A DNA stretch of 42,478 nucleotides from an uncultured archaeon (GTDB lineage Archaea > Iainarchaeota > Iainarchaeia > Iainarchaeales > JAAZKV01): positions 1-42,478 of the forward strand of contig CAYODU010000002.1 in assembly GCA_964402905.1 (NCBI GenBank), in the 5' to 3' direction. Shown here piece after piece: positions 28,168-35,534 of this stretch. The notes under the pieces were generated by a model. It was not told the DNA's origin and did not search any database. It saw nothing but the letters and a program-made list of their open reading frames with translations. How positions within the stretch are numbered: position 1 is the first letter of the stretch; the number at the start of each line of letters is the position of its first letter. Made by a program: the position numbers and the translations under genes.

Positions 28168-28425
28168 ATGAATACAAAAAAAGAAGTTGAAGAAATAAAA
28201 AAAAGAAACGCTCGCGTGGAAGCGGACAAAGCCTGGGAAACAAGCTGGGTAAGAAAAGGAATAATTGCGGTTCTTACTTACCTCGTGATTGTTTTGTTTT
28301 TCTTTTCAGCAGGTTTGCCAAACCCTTTTGTTAATGCAGTGGTTCCGACAGTTGGTTTTATTTTATCAACGGCATCATTGCCCTACTTCAAAAAAATATG
28401 GCTAAAAAAAGTTTACAAGAAGTAA
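28168..28425 (+). CDS. Small 2-TM membrane protein, hypothetical
   Basis: GGTGAA Shine-Dalgarno 4 nt upstream. Charged N-terminus (EEIKKRNARVEADKAWE) then two hydrophobic helices; 85 aa. Confidence 0.55.
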   Translation: MNTKKEVEEIKKRNARVEADKAWETSWVRKGIIAVLTYLVIVLFFFSAGLPNPFVNAVVPTVGFILSTASLPYFKKIWLKKVYKK

Positions 28426-28500
28426 GTGCAGAGATATTTTTAATATTAGAATATTTTAAAGGGCTTTAATTAACTTTTTATTTTTTGTTTTTGTAAAGAA

Positions 28501-29721
28501 CTACATAGTTTTAAATAATTCTTTTTCTAGGGCCATTTTTATTTTACTTGCATCAAAACCAAGCTTTACAAGTCTTGTCTGTCCCTTAATACCTTTTCCG
28601 GAATTAGTTACCAAAATTAGTCCATACATTTCAAGTTCGTTAATGTATTGTCTGTACCATCTACTGGTTATAGTTCTTTCACCGAATTTTTTTGCAAGAT
28701 CTAAATAAGCTTCAAAAATTTCTCCACTAAACAAAACTCCTTTCTCTACTTCGCCATTAACTTTTGTAAAACCCCTTTCTCTTAGGCTTAGCATTGATAT
28801 TGCGTATAGTACAAGTTGTTGTTGTTGTGGTAGAGTAGATATCATTGAAATAATTATTTCTTCTTCTACACTTACCTTTGCTTTTTCAACTAAATCATCG
28901 CTTACTATTCCAAGTTGAGAAGAATCTGCGATTTCTCCGGCTCTTTGCATAAGCATTACTGCTGTTCTTGCATCTCCGCTTTCCTGTGCAGCAATTGCTG
29001 CTGCTAGTGAAATAGCGGGTTCGGTTACACTATTTTCTCGAAAAGCTTTTTCGCATCTCTCTGAAATAATTGCTTTTAGTTCGTTTGCATTGTATGGATT
29101 AAAAACAAGTTCTTTTTCGCACAAAGAACTTTTTGTTCTCGGATCAAGTTTTTCTTTAAACATTAAATTGTTTGATATTCCTATTACTGTTAAAGAACCT
29201 TTTTTTACTTCATCATTTGCTCTTGATATGGAGTACATCAATTCATCAATGTCCTTTACTTTGTCTATTTCATCAAGCACAAGAATTATGTGTGCGTTTT
29301 TTTCATCTGTAAAAGATAACAATTTTTCGTAAACAAAACTCGCGCTAAAACCAAGGAAATCATTTTCTGGTTGGAGGGCACGAAGAGTTTTTATCAGTAC
29401 TTTGTATTTTGATGGGTGACTCCGACAATTCACATAACAAGAAAATACTGGCATATTTCTTTTTTGTACAAAATCTCCGAGCTGTTCAACCACATGTTTT
29501 ACTGTGGATGTTTTGCCAGAACCGGTTTTTCCATAAATAAAAAAGTTGTTTGGCTTAGAATTTTTTAGCACGGGGCTTAGACCCTGTGTTACTTCATTGA
29601 TTTGTGTTTCTCTGAAAGGAAGATTCTTTGGGATATAATGCGGAGAAATAATGTCTTTATCCAAAAACACAGTTTCTTTGTTTAGTTGTTTTTCAAAAAT
29701 ATTTTCTGTTTGTTCTTCCAA
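28501..29721 (-). CDS. cdc6: Orc1/Cdc6 replication initiator
   Basis: AAA+ Walker A YGKTGSGKTS, Walker B ILVLDEID, sensor region GDARTA and a C-terminal winged helix. TTG start at 29721 is preceded by TGAGGGGAT plus 4 nt. Confidence 0.93.
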   Translation of the reverse strand: MEEQTENIFEKQLNKETVFLDKDIISPHYIPKNLPFRETQINEVTQGLSPVLKNSKPNNFFIYGKTGSGKTSTVKHVVEQLGDFVQKRNMPVFSCYVNCRSHPSKYKVLIKTLRALQPENDFLGFSASFVYEKLLSFTDEKNAHIILVLDEIDKVKDIDELMYSISRANDEVKKGSLTVIGISNNLMFKEKLDPRTKSSLCEKELVFNPYNANELKAIISERCEKAFRENSVTEPAISLAAAIAAQESGDARTAVMLMQRAGEIADSSQLGIVSDDLVEKAKVSVEEEIIISMISTLPQQQQLVLYAISMLSLRERGFTKVNGEVEKGVLFSGEIFEAYLDLAKKFGERTITSRWYRQYINELEMYGLILVTNSGKGIKGQTRLVKLGFDASKIKMALEKELFKTM

Positions 29722-29893
29722 TAAAATCCCCTCAATACTGGCACAATAAGTTCCACTAATTTACTTCCACTAATAATAGCCCTTCCAACAATTAATATAT
29801 TTGTTGTTTGAAAAATGAACTTTTATTTATTCTAAACATAGGGTTTATATATTTTTTACATAAGAATTAGTTATTAAAAGCGCTTTTAGCGGG
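29722..29893. other. Candidate replication origin (oriC) spacer between cdc6 and sepF
   Basis: Divergent spacer next to orc1/cdc6. It contains three TTCCA-core repeats followed by a ~90-nt very AT-rich tract (29790-29880) that could act as an unwinding element. Confidence 0.45.
29751..29792 (+). repeat. Three direct TTCCA(C/A)(T/C)AAT repeats (ORB-core-like)
   Basis: ttccactaat at 29751-29760 and 29765-29774; ttccaacaat at 29783-29792. The TTCCA core recalls the TTCCA..GGAA core of archaeal origin recognition boxes. Confidence 0.5.
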
Positions 29894-29902
29894 GTGGTAT
29901 TT

Positions 29903-30259
29903 GTGGGATTTTTTAACAAAGTAATGGTTAAAGAAGAATCAGTTGATTTAGAAGACTTTTTGAATAACTTGGATGAAGTTCAAGAAGAAACTTATGATAA
30001 CGCTGATGCCTTCGTTAAACCAATGGATTTAGTTGTTGATGCAGATGTATCAGCAATAATGAACGAAGTAAAACAAGGAAATATTGTATTAGTTAATATT
30101 GCCGATTTAGCAAAAAGAAATGCGATGAAACTAAAGGAATTAATCGGAAGCGTAAAAGGCGAAGTTAAAGCTATTGATGGTGATATTGCAAGAATATCTC
30201 AAGGAAGAGTACTTGTTACTCCATCAAAAGTAAAAATAATTAAAAGAAAAGGACAGTGA
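29903..30259 (+). CDS. sepF: Cell division protein SepF (DUF552)
   Basis: MGFFNKVM amphipathic N-terminus, acidic linker (VDLEDFL), then GNIVLVNIADL...IDGDIARISQGRVLVTPSKVKI, co-linear with archaeal SepF as I recall it. GTG 29903 follows GGGGTGGT. The track start GTG 29894 is an alternative. Confidence 0.8.
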   Translation: MGFFNKVMVKEESVDLEDFLNNLDEVQEETYDNADAFVKPMDLVVDADVSAIMNEVKQGNIVLVNIADLAKRNAMKLKELIGSVKGEVKAIDGDIARISQGRVLVTPSKVKIIKRKGQ

Positions 30260-31062
30260 AGGAAATGTTTTTAGGCAATCCGTCATTGCCTTTAGAGTTC
30301 CCTGTTAATGAAGCGCTTAGCAAAGTTAATGGAATTCTCACAAAAAAAAATTGGCACAATTTCGAAGTAGGGAACCTAAAAATGGTTCTTGTGCCATACT
30401 TTTTTTTTCATTATCACTACTATATTGAAAGCGAAAACAAAGAAGAATCAAAAAAAGTTATTGAAAAATCTTTTGATGGTTATTTGGCGCTTAATGGCGT
30501 TACTTTGGAAATGGAAAAAAATTCTGCAGATCTAATAAAAAAATATTTGAAAAAGCTTTCCAATGAAGCACCTAGTATGCCCTTTGAAGAAAAAGAAACT
30601 CTTCTTGAAAAAAAAGAGTGTGAAAAAGTAATTCGTTTTAAATCAGCAGAGCACTTTAAAATACCAAAAGAAAATATTCTCATTTCAAGTATTAAAAAAG
30701 TTTTTTTCCCGCTGTATGAAACATTCATTGAAGTAAATAAACAAAATTTTGAAATTGTTATTAATGCTACGAACGGAGAAGTCCTAGGTATTGGTGCTGT
30801 TCCTGAAAGAGAAAAAGGTTTCTTGGAATTAACAAAAGAAACTCTTACGGAATTAAGCGAACCCAAAGCATGGCTTACATATTCAAAGGGACTTTTCACA
30901 GAAACAGGAAAAGCAATCGGGGGCAAAGCAAAAAATGCTACACAAATTATTCCAAAGATTTCAGAAAAAAAAAGTTTATCATCAATTTTCTCAAGCAATT
31001 GGTTTCTTTTTTTGATTATTATTCTTGCATTGTTTTTAATTTACCTTGCGCTTTTTGTATAA
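30256..31062 (+). CDS. Hypothetical C-terminally anchored membrane protein translationally coupled to sepF
   Basis: GTG 30256 overlaps the sepF stop (GTGA); ATG 30265 is an alternative. Single C-terminal TM helix (WFLFLIIILALFLIYLALFV). Two internal modules share the pattern hK.VhhPhY...N(A/L).NG. Confidence 0.6.
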   Translation: MKEMFLGNPSLPLEFPVNEALSKVNGILTKKNWHNFEVGNLKMVLVPYFFFHYHYYIESENKEESKKVIEKSFDGYLALNGVTLEMEKNSADLIKKYLKKLSNEAPSMPFEEKETLLEKKECEKVIRFKSAEHFKIPKENILISSIKKVFFPLYETFIEVNKQNFEIVINATNGEVLGIGAVPEREKGFLELTKETLTELSEPKAWLTYSKGLFTETGKAIGGKAKNATQIIPKISEKKSLSSIFSSNWFLFLIIILALFLIYLALFV

Positions 31063-31141
31063 ATTATATCTAATGGCTCAATGATCAAAATATTAATAAT
31101 TATTTTATTTTGTGCTTTTAATTGCTTTTTTTGTTTTGTTC

Positions 31142-33799
31142 TTATCCCGTAACATATGGTCGTGAAGTGCACAAAGAAGAGCTTGCATCGGTAGCAACAA
31201 CACTTTCCTCTGTTTGTTTTATTGAATCAAGTATTTCGCTTGAATTCCAGAAAAGAGTCCAGTTTGATTCTGCTAAAGTATTGCTTTTGTTTACACAAAC
31301 ACTTTCTTCTCTTATTGCATTAAACAAATCGCTTAAAGTTAATACTCTAAAAGGCGTTTTGCTTGAATCAATTTGAACAAAGCAATTGTTTTGATTTGGT
31401 TCGCAACTGTCATCTAGGCTATATACTCCAAAAGAAGAATTTATCCTTATATAATTTGCATTTGATTGCATTTCACTTGTTTGGGGTACATACAAAACAC
31501 TTTCAAGGTAAAGCGAATTATTTGGTTTTGTTGCTCCCAAAAAGCTTAGATCAAATTCTCCTGCTGAAATGTTTGTATCAGGTTCTCTGTAAGGTAACAT
31601 TTCATCTGAAACAGAAATGTTTTTACAGCCTTCTCCAAGAGTACTTCCAACACCTGTCCATAAAGTAAATGCATCATAATAATTCACTTCTCCGCCAGTG
31701 TAGTAAATACTAAAGTTGGTGTTAGCGTAACCATTAATGTCAACAACTTTTGCAAAGAGTGGTGAAGCAAAACCAGTGTACATTTTAACATCTGATAAAT
31801 CGGTTTCTTCGTCATTTTTATTAAACTCCATCAAAGTTCCTCGTTTTAACATATTTGCTGAGTTAAGTGAAGAAAGAATTTTTGGGATATCGTCTTCAAA
31901 CAAATCATTTGGGCTGTCATAGAAAAACCAATCAAATGAATCGGGTTGCACTAGTGAAGGAGTGAGATCAATTGTAAGTTGTACAGACGGATTTAATTCT
32001 CCGTTTATGAAAAATCCAATTTCGCCACCTTTAATAGTTATTATTACATGGTACTTGCCTGCGCTTATTGGGCTATCAACGCTAAAAGGATATCCTCCAT
32101 AAGTAAACTCTGCGTTAGTTAAGAGCTCTTTTAGGAGAGAAATATTTGCTACAGCGTTTTGTCCTTCAAAGATACTATAATTTTCTAGTCCATTCTGTGA
32201 AAGGAAAAGACTATACCGTTGATCATCACTAAAACGATCTACTGAACTTTGTATATCTTGTACAGAAAAATTCTGTGATTTTATGTAAGCATCAAACTGT
32301 GTTGTCTCAGCCTCTTTTTCCCTTAGAGTTTGCAGTTCTCCTGCATCATTATTTCCTTGTAGTTCAATGTTGATTTCATTGCGTATATCCATAGTTTTTC
32401 CTATTTTTCTTGCTAATTCAACCAAGAACTCGTTTTGTGAACAATAAACCCAGTCATCATTATCTGCGCCATCGATTGCTAATGAGTCGTCAAGTGTTTT
32501 TTCATCACACTCATCAATAGAAACAATTTCGTTGTTGCTATTTGTGCTTCCTCCAAAGCCGATATTAATTCTTGGAACATAAGATTCGCCAGTCTCTCCA
32601 ATCATTCCATTTTCTCCGATGCACCCAGTGAAATCATAATTTGATTTTGTTCCGATTTGGAATTTTTGTTTGTCAAGTAAACCAAATTTATAAGAGATAG
32701 GTTTTGATGAAGTATTGTTTAAATAATACTGGTTGCATGCGGGTGTAATAAGTGTTGGTACGGTATAGTTAACATCAAGCCAAACAAAAACACTATTTAT
32801 TGGCAAATGGCTTTTGTCTACTGTAAGATTTCCACGTATAACCATTTCTCCATTAAACTTGTCTATACCCCAGCCAACATAATTTTTATCAATACTTCCG
32901 GTAATCCCGTTCCCAGTCCACCTTAATTCATAGTTATCCAGATTAATATCGAGAGGAGATCTATTAGCTAAAGTAAAAACAATTTGTTTATTGTAAACAC
33001 CAAACTTTTCTGTAAAACCCGTATTCAAATCATTTGTTCCAGAAACAATTAAAGAAGGAAAACCAACATATATGTTGTTAACAAATTGTGAAGAGTACTC
33101 GCTTGGCATAGTATTAGCGATTGGAGAATTGGCTATTTTTAATGCATAAGTGTGTCCGCCCGCAGTTGCTAAATTATAACTGATTGTGTTTTGATCACCT
33201 ATCCCTTCTAGTTCTGTGCTTTTTACAGTGCATCCTCCGGATGAAGTGCATTTGTAAAGTCCTGATGATTGTGGTGTCCCAAAGGTAGCACTACTATTTG
33301 TTGTTGTTGGATTATTAAGAGCAATGTTTTCATCTAAAAATATACCTCCAAAAGCCATTTCTTTTTGTGTTACTCCATTGTCAAATACAAAGTTGTATTT
33401 TCCAAAGCCACTTGCTGTTAGTGTGGCCCCCGGAACCCCAAAAAAAGGATAATTGATATTATTGACTTGTATTTCCGAACCTACAACGCAACCCGAAACA
33501 GAAATTGTTGGGTCAGCAGTTTCCAAAGAAGAGCTGTTTACGCAATTAGCTACTCCACATGTGGTCCCACCTCCGCCACCCCCTCCTCCGCAGCATATAG
33601 CTCCATTTCCTGAGGGACATCTTGTTCCACAGTGGCCCCAATCATCACAATTTATTGTGCCCCTACTGCAGGCTCTTCCATTGTTATAATTAAAATTGCC
33701 CCAAGTATTTCCGTATTTTGTCCCAAGTGCAGTGACTTCGCACACAAATAAACTAAAAACAAAAATAAAAATTAAAAACAAAATAAATCCTTTATTCAT
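31142..33799 (-). CDS. Large secreted surface protein (885 aa), signal peptide, Cys-rich/Gly8 N-terminal module, no anchor
   Basis: GGGTGA Shine-Dalgarno. ATGA overlap with the upstream gene. Signal-like MNKGFILFLIFIFVFSLFVCEVTALG. CSRGTINCDDWGHCGTRCPSGNGAICCGGGGGGGGTTCGVANC. Many N-x-S/T sequons. No C-terminal hydrophobic segment. Confidence 0.75.
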   Translation of the reverse strand: MNKGFILFLIFIFVFSLFVCEVTALGTKYGNTWGNFNYNNGRACSRGTINCDDWGHCGTRCPSGNGAICCGGGGGGGGTTCGVANCVNSSSLETADPTISVSGCVVGSEIQVNNINYPFFGVPGATLTASGFGKYNFVFDNGVTQKEMAFGGIFLDENIALNNPTTTNSSATFGTPQSSGLYKCTSSGGCTVKSTELEGIGDQNTISYNLATAGGHTYALKIANSPIANTMPSEYSSQFVNNIYVGFPSLIVSGTNDLNTGFTEKFGVYNKQIVFTLANRSPLDINLDNYELRWTGNGITGSIDKNYVGWGIDKFNGEMVIRGNLTVDKSHLPINSVFVWLDVNYTVPTLITPACNQYYLNNTSSKPISYKFGLLDKQKFQIGTKSNYDFTGCIGENGMIGETGESYVPRINIGFGGSTNSNNEIVSIDECDEKTLDDSLAIDGADNDDWVYCSQNEFLVELARKIGKTMDIRNEINIELQGNNDAGELQTLREKEAETTQFDAYIKSQNFSVQDIQSSVDRFSDDQRYSLFLSQNGLENYSIFEGQNAVANISLLKELLTNAEFTYGGYPFSVDSPISAGKYHVIITIKGGEIGFFINGELNPSVQLTIDLTPSLVQPDSFDWFFYDSPNDLFEDDIPKILSSLNSANMLKRGTLMEFNKNDEETDLSDVKMYTGFASPLFAKVVDINGYANTNFSIYYTGGEVNYYDAFTLWTGVGSTLGEGCKNISVSDEMLPYREPDTNISAGEFDLSFLGATKPNNSLYLESVLYVPQTSEMQSNANYIRINSSFGVYSLDDSCEPNQNNCFVQIDSSKTPFRVLTLSDLFNAIREESVCVNKSNTLAESNWTLFWNSSEILDSIKQTEESVVATDASSSLCTSRPYVTG

Positions 33800-35475
33800 T
33801 TTTTCACCCTTTTATAAGTTGAAAGAATAATTAGTATAGCAACTATTGCAATAAGTATTGCTGTTACCACAATAAATGGGAGTATTTTTTCGCTTTCATT
33901 TCCGCTACTTAAAGGAATACATTCTGCTCGACAACAGTCTCCTTGCGCTGTTTTGTATGATCCGCCATTGCAGACAAATCCACTTTCACAAACAACACCA
34001 CCACAAAAAGCATCAAGGATATTACCGTTTTCATCAACTGCAATATCAGAAACAGAATTGCTTAAGTCAGTTGAGCTATTAAGTTTTATGTCAAACACCT
34101 GTTGTTTTTTTACATCAAGATCATCAACAACTAAAGTTAGATTTTTTTCCTCAACAGAATAATTTTTTGTTATGGATGTGAGAACACTGTTCACAGTGTC
34201 TTCATTTAAAGTGTTTTCATTTTCCAAAAGAATTATTTTTGCATTTATAAGTGCTTTTGTTAATTTTACTTCAAGAACAGAATTTTGTTTATTATAACCC
34301 CACTTTACGTTTACAGGGAGAGCTGTCTTTACATCATATGCATCGGTAAGAGATTTCAAATCAACATCAAAACATTCTCTTTCATATTCCTTTTTGTCTT
34401 TTTTTGTTACAGTACAGAGTCTGTCAAATGATTTTACAGACAAAGAAAATTCTTTGCTTAGGACTTCTCCAGAATCAATTATTGGAATATTGGCATACTC
34501 CTCTTCTTTTTTATTTCCTGCTTCAAATACTTCAATTCCCAAAGAAAAATTGTCAAATGCTATTTCGCTGGAACCATCAGAAAGCCCAGAAATTACAGCT
34601 GTTACTTTGTACTCTTTTTTTTCAATTCCGCTGATAAAAACTTTTCTTATTTTTGCAGTGGGGCCGGAAACAATTAATCTATTCTTGTAAATAGATTCAC
34701 TTTTACCTGATGCATTTTTCAAAACAATATTTATTTCGTAAACTGAAGAAATAATTGGGGCAGTCAATGAAACATCAATTGTTTTTTCTTCTCCGGCAGA
34801 AATTGAGGCAAGCGAAAAATTTTCTTCTGTTGGATTTGCACAAAAAGCAGTTGCCCAATCACAAAAAGAAATACTTAATACTAAATTCTTTTGCTGTACT
34901 TTTGAATCATTTCTTACAACAACTTTTCCACTGAATTCTTCTCCAGAGTTAACTGTAAAACCGGTTTGTCCAGAAACATTTTCTTTTCCAAAAACAGTTT
35001 TTGTTCTGTCAATGATAACTCTTTTATCCTCTGTTCCTTTAACAGAAAAGTTTTCTGAGAGTGGGTTGTAGAGAATATTGCTTGCCCCTATTAATTTTGA
35101 TTTTACTGCCCAAGCATAAATATCAAGGCGATAGTTTCCTGCCTTTTGTGGTGGCAGATTAAAATCAATTCTTTTTGTAGTGTTAGGCAGAGTCCAGATA
35201 TTTGAAATAATTGATTCGCTTACAATATTGCCACTGCTAAATTGTGAAGGGTAACTATAATCGCCTTCTGTTATCTGTAAAACAATTTTTCCATCGAGAA
35301 GTGGGTAGGCTTCAAGATTAGTAAGATAAAGGCTTCCCGTAATACTTTGGTTCGTATCAAACACTTCTTTACTCATGTAAATTTGTCCAAAACCATTCCA
35401 ATTTAATTCGTCTGAAGGCAGGGCAAATGCTGCTCCGAAAAGCAAAATCAAAAACAAAATACAAAATCCTTTCAT
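33796..35475 (-). CDS. Surface protein (559 aa) with signal peptide, beta-sandwich-like repeats, C-terminal Cys knot and TM/basic tail
   Basis: ATG 35475 follows GTTGAT plus 4 nt. Signal peptide MKGFCILFLILLFGAAFA/LP. C-terminus CGGVVCESGFVCNGGSYKTAQGDCCRAECIP-LSSGNESEKILPF-IVVTAILIAIVAILIILSTY-KRVKK. Confidence 0.75.
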   Translation of the reverse strand: MKGFCILFLILLFGAAFALPSDELNWNGFGQIYMSKEVFDTNQSITGSLYLTNLEAYPLLDGKIVLQITEGDYSYPSQFSSGNIVSESIISNIWTLPNTTKRIDFNLPPQKAGNYRLDIYAWAVKSKLIGASNILYNPLSENFSVKGTEDKRVIIDRTKTVFGKENVSGQTGFTVNSGEEFSGKVVVRNDSKVQQKNLVLSISFCDWATAFCANPTEENFSLASISAGEEKTIDVSLTAPIISSVYEINIVLKNASGKSESIYKNRLIVSGPTAKIRKVFISGIEKKEYKVTAVISGLSDGSSEIAFDNFSLGIEVFEAGNKKEEEYANIPIIDSGEVLSKEFSLSVKSFDRLCTVTKKDKKEYERECFDVDLKSLTDAYDVKTALPVNVKWGYNKQNSVLEVKLTKALINAKIILLENENTLNEDTVNSVLTSITKNYSVEEKNLTLVVDDLDVKKQQVFDIKLNSSTDLSNSVSDIAVDENGNILDAFCGGVVCESGFVCNGGSYKTAQGDCCRAECIPLSSGNESEKILPFIVVTAILIAIVAILIILSTYKRVKK

Positions 35476-35534
35476 CAAAATCAACTCATAAATATAATTT
35501 TTCTATTATTTAATCCTGCCCGCAAATGCATTTT

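Noticed and set aside
30480-31376. 172-aa antisense ORF (30480..30998), 67-aa ORF (30870..31073) and 84-aa ORF (31122..31376)
   Set aside because: They overlap the sepF-coupled gene or the 3' end of the 885-aa gene. The sense-strand genes have coupling, SD or signal-peptide/TM logic, and these ORFs do not.
33570-33592. The Gly8-coding tract as a possible slipped-strand phase-variation (contingency) locus
   Set aside because: The glycines use mixed GGA/GGG/GGT/GGC codons, so there is no long homopolymer or perfect short tandem repeat to slip.
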